The notes beneath the pieces were generated by a model. The model was not told where the DNA came from. It searched no databases and was given only the letters and a program-made list of their open reading frames with translations. Below are positions 10,020-19,260 of a stretch of DNA of 64,000 bases, piece by piece. Each line of letters starts with the position of its first letter. Position 1 is the stretch's first letter. The stretch covers positions 3,197 to 67,196 of the forward strand of contig CAZPLB010000004.1 of NCBI GenBank assembly GCA_964587425.1, given 5' to 3'. Both the position numbers and the translations under genes were made by a program. Source of the DNA: an uncultured Gammaproteobacteria bacterium (lineage in GTDB: Bacteria > Patescibacteriota > Microgenomatia > UBA8517).

Positions 10020-10382
10020 ATGGCAAATAAAAGTACAGGCTACGGAAAAATTTATGTTTTGGCAAGCTTTAACAATACGCTTGTTACTGTCACAAACGAA
10101 AATGGCGATGTGGTGGGTTGGGGAAGCGCTGGAAAAAGCGGATTTAAAGGAACTCGAAAGTCTACTCCATATGCAGCTACAACTGCAGTTGAAACTGTTG
10201 TAAAAGATGCAAAAGAAAAATCAGGAATTAATGAGGCTGAAGTATATATCAAAGGACCAGGACCAGGCCGAGATGCGGCACTTCGCGCTGTGAGGGCAGC
10301 TGGAGTTAAGATTTCTTTGATTAGCGATATTACACCTATGCCACATGATGGACCAAGACCAAAGAAAAGGAGAAGGGTTTAA
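10020..10382 (+). CDS. rpsK: 30S ribosomal protein S11
   Basis: ...GYGKIYVLASFNNTLVTVTNENGDVVGWGSAGKSGFKGTRKSTPYAA is a typical S11. Confidence 0.95.
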   Translation: MANKSTGYGKIYVLASFNNTLVTVTNENGDVVGWGSAGKSGFKGTRKSTPYAATTAVETVVKDAKEKSGINEAEVYIKGPGPGRDAALRAVRAAGVKISLISDITPMPHDGPRPKKRRRV

Positions 10383-10384
10383 TT

Positions 10385-10687
10385 ATGAGTGGAATTGAAC
10401 GGACTATAGAGTTACCTTTGGGTGCCTTGTGTCGAGTTATGGGACGGGATGGAAATTCTGATCTAGCTTTTTCAGCCTTCCTTCCTCGATATGAAGGTAA
10501 ACTTGTTGATACCCCAAAAGGATTTGTGTTCAAAGATGGGTATTGTGTCGATGACGGTAGAGATGCTCAAATGGTTTTACCTGGATTTGAGCCGGCAATG
10601 TTGGGTGTAGGATTAGGACCTTTCGTAACTGATTTATTTTGGGAGAGAGTTACTCGAGCATTTGAAAATATGGGGAAAACTATATGA
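10385..10687 (+). CDS. hypothetical 100-aa protein inserted between rpsK and rpsD
   Basis: This is a complete ORF of non-repetitive composition. Its ATG lies 2 nt after the rpsK stop and its stop overlaps the rpsD ATG (ATGA), so it is translationally coupled. No family was recognised by eye. Confidence 0.5.
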   Translation: MSGIERTIELPLGALCRVMGRDGNSDLAFSAFLPRYEGKLVDTPKGFVFKDGYCVDDGRDAQMVLPGFEPAMLGVGLGPFVTDLFWERVTRAFENMGKTI

Positions 10688-11280
10688 GATACACAGGACC
10701 AAAAGATAGATTAAGTAGGCGCGAAGGTTTTGACTTGTTTGGTGCTGGAGCAAAACTCAGGCGTTTGAATGTAACACCTGGAATGCATGGACCAAAAGGG
10801 AATATGCGTCAGCCTTCAGAGTATGGGAAGCAGCTTCGAGAGAAACAAAAAGTAAAAAGAATGTATGGACTTGCTGAGAAGCAGTTCAGAAATTATATGA
10901 CAAAAGCTTTGAAAACAAAGGCAAACACTGGAAATATTTTGATTGGACTTCTGGAAATGAGACTTGATAATGTTATCTTTAGGCTTGGGTTTGCTGAAAG
11001 CCGTCCACAGGCTCGTCAATTGGTTTCCCACAGACACGTAATGGTCAATGGGAAGCGCGTGAATATTCCTTCCTACCAAGTGAAGGCTGGGGATACAGTA
11101 AGTTTATCTACTAAGGCTATGGAAATGCCTGTTGTGAAGGCACTTCTTGCCAAAGAAGATCCTGTGGTTCCTTCCTGGCTTGCTCGAAAAGCAGCTGTAG
11201 GGAAGGTCAATGAATTCAAAAGAGAAGATGTACTGGAACCTATCTCAGAACATGATATAATCGAGTTCTACTCGCGTTAG
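10684..11280 (+). CDS. rpsD: 30S ribosomal protein S4
   Basis: MRYTGPKDRLSRREGFDLF...YGKQLREKQKVKRMYG is a full-length S4 (198 aa). Confidence 0.95.
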   Translation: MRYTGPKDRLSRREGFDLFGAGAKLRRLNVTPGMHGPKGNMRQPSEYGKQLREKQKVKRMYGLAEKQFRNYMTKALKTKANTGNILIGLLEMRLDNVIFRLGFAESRPQARQLVSHRHVMVNGKRVNIPSYQVKAGDTVSLSTKAMEMPVVKALLAKEDPVVPSWLARKAAVGKVNEFKREDVLEPISEHDIIEFYSR

Positions 11281-11309
11281 CGAGTTTTTGCGTCGGGAGG
11301 TGATTAACG

Positions 11310-12224
11310 ATGGATCCAATTTTTGAAATAAAGACAGATAAACAAGAAGGAAATAAAGGTACCTTTATTCTAACCCCTTTACAGGGTGGTTATGGACATA
11401 CTTTGGGGGTCGCCCTAAGGCGCGTTATGTTAACGTCCTTGCCTGGAACTGCAGTAACTTCCGTTACTATTAATGGAGTTAAACATCAATTTACAACTCT
11501 AACTGGTATGAAAGAAGATATCTTGGAGTTTATTTTAAACCTCAAGAAAGTAAGATTTTCTCAAACAGGACAGGGTGTAGTTAAAGCTACATTGGTTGCA
11601 AGTAAACCAGGAGAAGTAAAAGCATCTGATATTAAGACAAGTTCTTCTTTGAAGGTGGTCAATCCTGATTTAGTTTTGGCTAATTTGGCAAAGGGAGCAA
11701 AGCTTGATGTTGAAATGGAAGTTTCAAACGGAGTTGGATATTCGCCAGCTGATGAGCGAGTAAAAGAATCTGTTGGAGTAATTCCAGTTGATGCAATTTT
11801 TTCACCAGTAGTTCGTGTTAACTACAAAGTCGAAGAGACTCGTGTAGGAAGAGTAACCAATTACGATCAATTAGTTTTGGAAGTAACAACTGATGGTACT
11901 ATTTCTCCTCTTTCAGCCTTGACCGAAGCTGCAAAGATATTGGTTTCATATTTTAGCCAAATAGTTACACCGCAGGCAGTCGTTAAAGAAGAGAAAGCAG
12001 TAAAGGTTGAAGATGGACTAGGGAATACTGGTAAACTTTCAGTCGAAGAGATTGGTTTGCCAACACGCGTATCTAATGCACTAGTTAATGCTGGATATGA
12101 AAATGTATCTAAATTGGTTGCAGCAGATAGAGCTGATTTGGCAAAAGTAAGAAACCTTGGAGAGAAATCTTTCAAGATTATTAAAGTAGCCTTGGCTGAA
12201 AAAGGAGTAGAGTTCAATGCGTAA
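11310..12224 (+). CDS. rpoA: DNA-directed RNA polymerase alpha subunit
   Basis: The 304-aa protein has an N-terminal dimerisation domain (ILTPLQGGYGHTLGVALRRVMLTSLPG) and a C-terminal alpha-CTD HhH. Confidence 0.95.
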   Translation: MDPIFEIKTDKQEGNKGTFILTPLQGGYGHTLGVALRRVMLTSLPGTAVTSVTINGVKHQFTTLTGMKEDILEFILNLKKVRFSQTGQGVVKATLVASKPGEVKASDIKTSSSLKVVNPDLVLANLAKGAKLDVEMEVSNGVGYSPADERVKESVGVIPVDAIFSPVVRVNYKVEETRVGRVTNYDQLVLEVTTDGTISPLSALTEAAKILVSYFSQIVTPQAVVKEEKAVKVEDGLGNTGKLSVEEIGLPTRVSNALVNAGYENVSKLVAADRADLAKVRNLGEKSFKIIKVALAEKGVEFNA

Positions 12225-12633
12225 GAAAGTATTTGGCCGACATCTTTCGCGTGAAACTAATACAAGAAGAGCGCTTATGCGTTCTCTTGTACGTGGTTTT
12301 TTTGAAAGCGGAAAAATCGTTACAACCTATGCCAAGGCAAAGACCTTTGCGCCTGAGATTGACAAAATTTTCAAAGGAGTGAAGAAAGGTACCCTTAATG
12401 GGCGAAGAATGGTTTTGGCACAGCTTGGGAATGACCGTGAGACCACCGACTTAATTTTTAGTAAGTATGCATACGTACCTACCAAAAGGACGTCTGGATT
12501 TACAAGAATAATCTCCATTCCTGCAAGACGTGGGGATAATGCAAGAATGGCAAGAATTGAGTTAGTTGATATTCTCGAAGAGAAGGCAGTTGCAAAGAAG
12601 GAAGTTGAGACGAAAAAGAAGGCAAGCAAATGA
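12217..12633 (+). CDS. rplQ: 50S ribosomal protein L17
   Basis: MRKKVFGRHLSRETNTRRALMRSLVRGF is a typical L17. Confidence 0.9.
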   Translation: MRKKVFGRHLSRETNTRRALMRSLVRGFFESGKIVTTYAKAKTFAPEIDKIFKGVKKGTLNGRRMVLAQLGNDRETTDLIFSKYAYVPTKRTSGFTRIISIPARRGDNARMARIELVDILEEKAVAKKEVETKKKASK

Positions 12634-13061
12634 TGAAAACATATCATCCAACAGCTAAGGAAGTGAAGAGGAATTGGCATCTGATTGATGCCAAGGGCAA
12701 AATATTGGGAAGATTGTCTACTGATATTGCAATGAAGTTGATGGGAAAGCAGAAGGCAGAATACAGCCCACACATGGACAATGGAGATATTGTTGTTGTT
12801 TACAATGCAGCAGAGATTAAGGTTACTGGAAAGAAAGCAGAACAAAAGATGTACTACGGACACTCCGGATACCCAGGAGGGTTCAAAGAGATTACCTACA
12901 AGAAAATGAAGGCAGAGCATCCAGAGAGAATTTTGGAACTTGCTGTTCGACGCATGCTTCCAGTAAACAGATTAAGAGACAAGAGAATGGCAAGGTTTTT
13001 TATTTACAAAGGGGCAGAATATGGATACAAGGATAAATTCAAGGAAAGTGCAGCAGCATAA
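12630..13061 (+). CDS. rplM: 50S ribosomal protein L13
   Basis: ...WHLIDAKGKILGRLSTDIAMKLMGK...GYPGG is a typical L13. Confidence 0.9.
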   Translation: MMKTYHPTAKEVKRNWHLIDAKGKILGRLSTDIAMKLMGKQKAEYSPHMDNGDIVVVYNAAEIKVTGKKAEQKMYYGHSGYPGGFKEITYKKMKAEHPERILELAVRRMLPVNRLRDKRMARFFIYKGAEYGYKDKFKESAAA

Positions 13062-13066
13062 TTTAA

Positions 13067-13477
13067 ATGGCAAAAACAATTAAGAAGAATTACACACAAG
13101 CAATTGGAAGACGCAAGACTGCGTCTGTTCGAGTTAGAGTTTTGAAAGGAACTGAGGAAAGTACTGTTAATGAAATTTTAATTGGAAAATACTTTCCACA
13201 ATTTGCAAAGTTTTCTCCATGGAATAGGCCTTTCAATTTGACAGATACTGAAGGCAAATATTATTTCACAGCCAAAGTTACAGGAGGTGGAAAGAATGCT
13301 CAACTTGAAGCTTTGATTTTTGGAATATCAAGAGCACTATCTGTATTGAAGCCAGAAAAGCACAGAGCAATATTAAAAAAAGCAGGGCTATTAAAGAGGG
13401 ATCCAAGAGAGAGGGAAAGACGCAAGGTTGGAATGGGTGGAAAAGCAAGACGCAAGAAGCAATCTCCAAAGAGGTAA
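13067..13477 (+). CDS. rpsI: 30S ribosomal protein S9
   Basis: ...AIGRRKTASVRVRV...GGGKNAQLEA... with a C-terminal KR tail is a typical S9. Confidence 0.9.
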   Translation: MAKTIKKNYTQAIGRRKTASVRVRVLKGTEESTVNEILIGKYFPQFAKFSPWNRPFNLTDTEGKYYFTAKVTGGGKNAQLEALIFGISRALSVLKPEKHRAILKKAGLLKRDPRERERRKVGMGGKARRKKQSPKR

Positions 13478-13494
13478 TACAGACCTCAAATCTT

Positions 13495-14286
13495 TTGATA
13501 CAATGTTCCAACGTGTCACAAAGTGAAAGATTTTCTATTCAAGAAAAGTCTGGTGTTGAAGATTTCGTTGAGACAAACGGAATTAGGATTATTCTTACCG
13601 ACCTTGATGGTACTCTAATTGACACACATAAAGTATTTGAAACTCAAGTTGGTTTGTTTCTTGAATTTTGTCACAGCTTTATTCCAGAAGTTAGCTTTGA
13701 TACTCTAAAATCCCAATTTAAATTATTTGAGAGCGAATCATTTGATGTTTTGGGTGTTTCCAGACAGAGATGGAAGTATATTATTGGTAAATTGTCTAAG
13801 GTTTATGGTGTAGATGATTTTGAAGACGGCTACAACTTTTTAAACGATATTTTCTATTCTGTTCCTAATGCTTTTGATGGAGTTCGTGAAACGTTGGAAG
13901 TTTTCCAAGGGCTGGATTTAAGGTTGGGTTTGGTGACACATGCAGCTCGGACATGGACAACTATTAAGATGGATGGCAATGATCTGTGGCCTTATTTTGA
14001 AAATATAGAGATAATTGATCCTGAGGTACATAAATATAAAGAGTCAAGACATTGGAAAAAGGCTGCTAATTTTTTTGATGTAGAATCTAATCAAATAATG
14101 ATGATTGGCGATAATCTCATGGGTGATGTGGTTGCGGCAAGCCGGCTTAGGTTTGGTAAACTTGTGTGGATTCCAAGTGCTTTTCGTTTTTTTAATAATT
14201 GCGAGGTACCGAAGGGAACTATAGAAGTTGATAAAATTGGGAATTTGATTTCTGCTCTTTCAAGCGAAAGTATTACTACTATCTAG
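13495..14286 (+). CDS. HAD-superfamily hydrolase
   Basis: HAD motif I (ILTDLDGTLID) and motif IV (MIGDNLMGDV) are present. The start codon is uncertain because motif I sits at residue ~33. Confidence 0.6.
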   Translation: MIQCSNVSQSERFSIQEKSGVEDFVETNGIRIILTDLDGTLIDTHKVFETQVGLFLEFCHSFIPEVSFDTLKSQFKLFESESFDVLGVSRQRWKYIIGKLSKVYGVDDFEDGYNFLNDIFYSVPNAFDGVRETLEVFQGLDLRLGLVTHAARTWTTIKMDGNDLWPYFENIEIIDPEVHKYKESRHWKKAANFFDVESNQIMMIGDNLMGDVVAASRLRFGKLVWIPSAFRFFNNCEVPKGTIEVDKIGNLISALSSESITTI

Positions 14287-15829
14287 TTGGTGCATATTCC
14301 CAAACTCTGTAGTTTACTTTTCCATTATATATAAATTCCTTTATAATTTTTGCCTTTTCGTGGACTCTATTGAAATCTGTGAAACAGGCACCATTATCGA
14401 TAACCATTATTTTATTTAGTGATGGATTATTTAATGCTTCGTCAAAGGCTGCAGCAGCAGGACACCTCGTGACATCCCAAACTATGTTTTCATATTGCCA
14501 TTTGCCGCCTACGTTCTTCGCTTGGGCTGCATTAAATTTTACTGGATCGATATTATTAAAAAAACCATACCATGGATATGGACTGTCCGGGTCGTTTGTT
14601 ATATATACCCTGTCATAGTTTTTGATTGCATCGGGAAGATATATTCCTAATGCTCTTGTTTGTGGATTTCTAAATTGAAATGCATAATTTGTGTTTCTGT
14701 CTAAATAGTTGGCTGCAAATGTTATGAAAGTAAAGAATATTGAGAAAATGAAAAGCTTGAAAATGGTTTTGTGTTTTTCATGAAGCCAATTCAGACCAAT
14801 TCCGGCTATTATCACAAGGAATGGAAGCATGAAGAAAGCTCTATGGAGATTAGGGCTGTCTTCTAGGGTCATGCTTGCTGGAATGGGGCCAAGTGCTAAA
14901 AGAAGGAGTAGGACTCTGCCCTCATTTTTTTTAATTATCAAGTAAACTCCAATCAGAAATGAAACGAAAATTGGAATTGAGACAATACCAACGTTTGCTG
15001 TTGTGTAACGGAATGGTTTTGCAACGTCGTCCAAAAAGAAGTTTGGACTAAAGTACGATGTATATTGAAGAATTATATTCCTAATATTGGGGGATACTAG
15101 CTTTACTTGATTGTAGCGGGCACGGCCTGCGGGACTAAGGAGAAGTATTGTAGCTAGAACTGAAGTGAAGAGGAAACCTTTTAATACAGTTTTCTTTAAT
15201 CCCAGTTTGGTGATTTCTTTATGGAAGTAAATTATCCAACTTAGGATTAGCACGGGACCAACTACTCTTGCTGAGTGGTAAAAAAGAAAGCTTAGGGCGA
15301 GACATGAAAAGGATACGATTGGCTTTTTGGTAAGAATGACCATGGCAGTTAATATTAAAAAGCAGGACATTACTACTTCGCTTGTTGCCCTACTTGTAGC
15401 GACGTGCCATGGGATTATTGCCAAAATGAAACTTGTAAAGAAGGCAAGCGTTTGAGGATGTGAAGTCAAGGATTTATTCTTTTTTAAGATTTCAAGAGTA
15501 AGAAAATAAATTGGGAAAACGGTGAGGGCACCAAGTAAGGATGAGGGGAATCTCACTGCAAATATATTTTTGCCCAAAATAAGTAATGATGGAATTGTTG
15601 CATAAAAAATACCAGTTGGACGATAGTCTCCGAAAGTGCTGTAGTGAAGAGCTAAGAGGTTTCCATGATCATCCTTCCCAGTTTTTAAAATTGAAAGAGA
15701 TTCCCATGCAACTCTTGCTTCATCAGCGTGGAAGCCAAAGGGAAATGTACCGAGCCTGTATGTTCTAATGAGGAGTGCAAAAATGAAGATTAAAAATAAT
15801 ACCTTCGGAATTTTTTTAAAGAAATGCAT
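14279..15829 (-). CDS. GT-C family glycosyltransferase (ArnT/PMT/GT39-83-like) polytopic membrane protein
   Basis: The N-terminus has ...RTYRLGTFPFGFHADEARVAWES... with the first-loop acidic motif, followed by multiple TM helices over 516 aa. Confidence 0.72.
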   Translation of the reverse strand: MHFFKKIPKVLFLIFIFALLIRTYRLGTFPFGFHADEARVAWESLSILKTGKDDHGNLLALHYSTFGDYRPTGIFYATIPSLLILGKNIFAVRFPSSLLGALTVFPIYFLTLEILKKNKSLTSHPQTLAFFTSFILAIIPWHVATSRATSEVVMSCFLILTAMVILTKKPIVSFSCLALSFLFYHSARVVGPVLILSWIIYFHKEITKLGLKKTVLKGFLFTSVLATILLLSPAGRARYNQVKLVSPNIRNIILQYTSYFSPNFFLDDVAKPFRYTTANVGIVSIPIFVSFLIGVYLIIKKNEGRVLLLLLALGPIPASMTLEDSPNLHRAFFMLPFLVIIAGIGLNWLHEKHKTIFKLFIFSIFFTFITFAANYLDRNTNYAFQFRNPQTRALGIYLPDAIKNYDRVYITNDPDSPYPWYGFFNNIDPVKFNAAQAKNVGGKWQYENIVWDVTRCPAAAAFDEALNNPSLNKIMVIDNGACFTDFNRVHEKAKIIKEFIYNGKVNYRVWEYAPTR

Positions 15830-16330
15830 TTAACGGTTGATGAGTTCTCCGACTGCAATTCCAACGGCGATTGCGGCAGCACCCATAAGAAGCATTTGGA
15901 GAGAATGTTTGATTACACTAATTTTATAAAACTTAGCACTTATTGCTCCAAGCAGGAAGAGAGCAATGAAGGATGCAATTATTGATATCACTGAAGTGGA
16001 ATTTGCAAATATGGTATATGGAAGAAGAGGAATTAGACCTGCAATAAAATACGAAAAGAACATAATAATTGCTGCAAGAATTGAATGCAATGGTTTTACT
16101 TTTTTTCTTTCCATGTATTCTTCTGTTTCATCTTCTGAAATGAAACAGCCAACTGCCATTGAGAATGCTTCAACAAAAATCAAAACTGTTCCTGTCAAGA
16201 AGATGGTTGAACGGTCTACATTTGCAACTGCAATTCCAGAAAGAAGTCCTACTGTTGAAACAATTCCATCTTCTGCTCCAAATATGAAGTTTCTACCATA
16301 AATTGCTGATATTTTTCTTGATAGTGCCAT
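15830..16330 (-). CDS. VIT1/CCC1-family membrane protein (putative Fe/Mn transporter)
   Basis: The VIT signature FGAEDGIVSTVGLLSGIA is present, with the TM helices typical of the family. Confidence 0.7.
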   Translation of the reverse strand: MALSRKISAIYGRNFIFGAEDGIVSTVGLLSGIAVANVDRSTIFLTGTVLIFVEAFSMAVGCFISEDETEEYMERKKVKPLHSILAAIIMFFSYFIAGLIPLLPYTIFANSTSVISIIASFIALFLLGAISAKFYKISVIKHSLQMLLMGAAAIAVGIAVGELINR

Positions 16331-16383
16331 ACGTTGTCTTCAAGTAGATTTAAGCACAGATTGATACAAAATACAATTGAAGA

Positions 16384-16815
16384 TTATTTGAGAAGATTAT
16401 TTTTTTTCAAAAAATCACTTTGTATTTTTATGGTATTACTTGGAATTTTTTTGAAAAATTTTATTTCTTTTCCTTGGGTACTTCCTCTCAGTATTCCACT
16501 TACTGGGGTAACCAGGAATCCAATACTGATGGTATGTCTGATGGGACTTTTTATGAATTGCATTGTCCCAATTAGCCTCCCTACTTTAACGGTAAGTCCT
16601 GTTTCCTCTTTTGCGATTCTTTGGATTGTGTTTTCTAATTTTTCGTTGAAAAGTACTGTTCCGCCTGGAAAATGCCACATTCCTTTATATGGAACAATGT
16701 CTCTTTTGGAGAGAACTACACCATCTTTGGTTTTGATAATGAGTTCTATACAAAGCCTCGGTACTTTACTGTATATTTCTAAAAATTTTTTATATGGAAG
16801 CCGTTTGGGTTTCAT
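16384..16815 (-). CDS. NUDIX hydrolase
   Basis: The Nudix box is visible in GGTVLFNEKLENTIQRIAKEETGL (GX5EX7REUXEEXGU-like). Confidence 0.8.
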   Translation of the reverse strand: MKPKRLPYKKFLEIYSKVPRLCIELIIKTKDGVVLSKRDIVPYKGMWHFPGGTVLFNEKLENTIQRIAKEETGLTVKVGRLIGTMQFIKSPIRHTISIGFLVTPVSGILRGSTQGKEIKFFKKIPSNTIKIQSDFLKKNNLLK

Positions 16816-16861
16816 GACAAGAATTTAGTTTTAGCATGGGGAATGGTAAAATACAAGCGAT

Positions 16862-16936
16862 CGGGGTGTAGCGCAGATTAGTCAGCGCACTCGCATGGGG
16901 TGCGAGAGGTCGCCGGGGCGGGACCGGCCACCCCGA
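16862..16936 (+). tRNA. tRNA-like RNA with a Pro(GGG)-type anticodon arm but non-canonical D- and T-loops
   Basis: A 75-nt GC-rich island folds as a cloverleaf. The acceptor stem is CGGGGTG/CACCCCG, followed by discriminator A. U8 is present. The D-stem is GCGC/GCGC. The anticodon stem is CTCGC/GCGAG with loop AUGGGGU, giving U33, anticodon GGG and G37. The T-stem is GCCGG/CCGGC. However the D-loop AGATTAGTCA lacks G18G19, and the T-loop GGCGGGA lacks the T54-Psi55 consensus. Confidence 0.45.
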
Positions 16937-16984
16937 CTGGAAAACTAGTATTGACTTCGTTTTTTATTTGGTACATCATTAATT

Positions 16985-17833
16985 ATGCTTCAGTCTGTTC
17001 ATTGTGCATACTGTGACTTGATCTTTTTAAGACCAATTCAAAGATTTAATGAAGCAATGAAGTTCGGGTGGAAACAGTACTGCTCAAAAAAGTGCCAGTA
17101 TGAAGCCAAAGAGAAGCAGGTTACCTTTGTTTGTGGTAGATCTGGTTGTAATAAATCTTACAAAAGAACTGAGTATGATTTTTTGAGATATGGGGTTACA
17201 TATTGTTCACATAGGTGTTTTGCATTAGTTAGTAATAAAAAGCATCCTAGATGGTCTTGGAAAGTTAAGATATGTGCTTACTGCGGAAAAGATTTTAGGA
17301 GAAATAGGAAATATTGTTCTCCAACTTGTCAGAGTAAAAGTCAGATAATTAGTACAGATTTACTTATCAATCAGTTGAAAGAGTTTGTTAGAACAGAAGG
17401 AAGGATTCCATTTAAAAAGGAGCTTCACCATTATTCTGCAGTGAGACGTGCTTTTGGTACATGGAATAATTTTATGAGAATTGCTGGTTTTGAACCAAAC
17501 CCTGTACTTTTTGCCAAGAAACACATAGCTAATGATGGGCATAGGTGTGATTCTCTTGCAGAAAGAATAATTGATGATTGGCTATTTAGGAGAAAAATTC
17601 CCCATGAAAGAAGTTTTCCATACCCCGGAAATAAAAGTTTTACAGTTGATTTTAAAGTGGAAAACTATTGGATTGAGTTTTTTGGTTTACGGGGGGAATT
17701 GAAAAAATACAATGAATCAATGGACAAAAAGTTTAAAATGGCTAGAAAATATAAATTAGAATTAATATCACTTTATCCTGTGGATTTATTTCCTGTTGGA
17801 AAGCTAAATGAGAAATTAAAATTTCTTTTATAG
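16985..17833 (+). CDS. triple zinc-ribbon protein with a C-terminal DUF559/Vsr-like PD-(D/E)xK nuclease-like domain
   Basis: Three copies of CxxC-x(10-20)-YCSxxC occur: CAYCDL...QYCSKKCQ, CGRSGC...TYCSHRCF and CAYCGK...KYCSPTCQ. The C-terminus (SLAERIIDDWLFRRKIPHERSFPYPGNKSFTVDFKVENYWIEFFG) resembles the DUF559 restriction-endonuclease-like fold. Confidence 0.5.
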   Translation: MLQSVHCAYCDLIFLRPIQRFNEAMKFGWKQYCSKKCQYEAKEKQVTFVCGRSGCNKSYKRTEYDFLRYGVTYCSHRCFALVSNKKHPRWSWKVKICAYCGKDFRRNRKYCSPTCQSKSQIISTDLLINQLKEFVRTEGRIPFKKELHHYSAVRRAFGTWNNFMRIAGFEPNPVLFAKKHIANDGHRCDSLAERIIDDWLFRRKIPHERSFPYPGNKSFTVDFKVENYWIEFFGLRGELKKYNESMDKKFKMARKYKLELISLYPVDLFPVGKLNEKLKFLL

Positions 17834-17880
17834 TTTTTCCTCTTGCAATTGACTCCTGGTATTGATATACCAAACACGAA

Positions 17881-18954
17881 ATGGCTAAGAGTAAAAAAGA
17901 TCTTCCAGAAACTAAACAACAAGAAAATTCTACACAAAGGTTAGCTGCTATAAAGCTTGCAATGGATCAAATTGAGAAACAATATGGACGTGGTTCCATT
18001 ATGAGACTTGGCGGGTCGGGAGAGAAAATAAAAATTGATGTTATATCAACAGGTGTACTAGCACTTGATCTTGCTCTTGGAGTTGGAGGATTTCCAAGAG
18101 GACGCATTATTGAGATTTATGGACCTGAGGCTTCTGGAAAAACAACATTAGCACTTGCGACCATTGCTGAAGCTCAGAAGAAAGGTGGACAGTGTGCTTT
18201 TATTGATGCAGAACATGCACTGGATCCAACACGTGCTGAAATATTGGGGGTTAACCTTGATGACTTACTTATGAGTCAACCTGATACTGGAGAACAAGCA
18301 TTGGAGATTACTGAAACACTAGTGAGGTCTGGAGCTTTGGATGTTATAGTTGTGGACTCTGTAGCTGCTTTGGTTCCGCGTGCTGAACTTGAAGGAGAGA
18401 TGGGAGATGCTCAGATGGGACTTCAGGCAAGATTAATGAGCCAAGCTCTTCGAAAACTAACGGGTGCCATTTCAAAAAGCAAAACAGTCCTAATTTTTAC
18501 AAATCAATTGAGACAAAAAATTGGGGTGATGTTTGGAAACCCTGAAACAACCACAGGGGGACTTGCTTTGAAGTTTTATTCATCTGTCAGAATTGATGTA
18601 CGTAGAATCGAACCAATTAAAGATGGAGATATGGTTATTGGCAGTAGGGCTCGGGCAAGGGTTGTTAAAAATAAAGTTGCGCCACCACTTCGGGTTGCTG
18701 AGTTTGACATTATGAATGATGGGATTTCAAGAGAGGGAGGACTCTTGGATGTTGGAATAGAACTTGGGATTATCGAGAAGAAGGGCTCTTTTATGAGTTA
18801 TGAGGATAAAGTGATTGCACAAGGGAAAGAGGCAGCAAAGGCATATTTGAAAGAAAAGCCAGAAGTGGCAAATGCAATTGAGAAAAAGATTCGTGAGATG
18901 GCAACTTCAGGTAAAAAACTTCCAACAGAATTGGGAGAAGAGAAAGAAGAGTAA
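17881..18954 (+). CDS. recA: recombinase RecA
   Basis: Walker A ([12 protein letters not shown]), loops L1/L2 and overall ~357-aa RecA similarity identify it. Confidence 0.97.
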   Translation: MAKSKKDLPETKQQENSTQRLAAIKLAMDQIEKQYGRGSIMRLGGSGEKIKIDVISTGVLALDLALGVGGFPRGRIIEIYGPEASGKTTLALATIAEAQKKGGQCAFIDAEHALDPTRAEILGVNLDDLLMSQPDTGEQALEITETLVRSGALDVIVVDSVAALVPRAELEGEMGDAQMGLQARLMSQALRKLTGAISKSKTVLIFTNQLRQKIGVMFGNPETTTGGLALKFYSSVRIDVRRIEPIKDGDMVIGSRARARVVKNKVAPPLRVAEFDIMNDGISREGGLLDVGIELGIIEKKGSFMSYEDKVIAQGKEAAKAYLKEKPEVANAIEKKIREMATSGKKLPTELGEEKEE

Positions 18955-18956
18955 AA

Positions 18957-19259
18957 TTATATTTTGGTGAATTGAATTGCTGAAATCCTCTGACCTTGTT
19001 TAGTTATTCGATCCACTATTTTGGCTGACGTATCTACTCCGTATTTATATTTAATTATGGGTGTTAGTTCGGTCATTGTGATGTAAGCCACGCCATGGGT
19101 CCACGAGTCTCCTTCTCCAAGTATATCAACTTCATACGGAACATGAGGTCTTCTTTCTCTTTCTAGAGCTAGTGAAACTATTTGTGCTAGATCATTGTTG
19201 AGTTGTTCTCGATTTTGCCTCATGGCCGTTATTTTAGGTTTGTGATGGTAAAATGTCAA
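18957..19259 (-). CDS. hypothetical protein antisense in the recA-recX spacer
   Basis: A 100-aa ORF with non-biased composition exactly fills the 306-bp recA-recX gap. No family was recognised, and it may be spurious. Confidence 0.3.
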   Translation of the reverse strand: MTFYHHKPKITAMRQNREQLNNDLAQIVSLALERERRPHVPYEVDILGEGDSWTHGVAYITMTELTPIIKYKYGVDTSAKIVDRITKQGQRISAIQFTKI

Positions 19260-19260
19260 T

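Noticed and set aside
12327-12920. 197-aa minus-strand ORF over rplQ/rplM
   Set aside because: It is antisense to L17 and L13, which carry hallmark sequences. The minus-strand translation is Cys/Leu-rich with no motif.
15966-16301. 111-aa plus-strand ORF inside the VIT-family gene
   Set aside because: It is antisense to a gene with the conserved VIT signature FGAEDGIVSTVGLLSGIA.
16334-16828. 164-aa plus-strand ORF overlapping the NUDIX gene
   Set aside because: The minus-strand frame carries a canonical Nudix box. The plus-strand product is a hydrophobic, motif-less mirror ORF.
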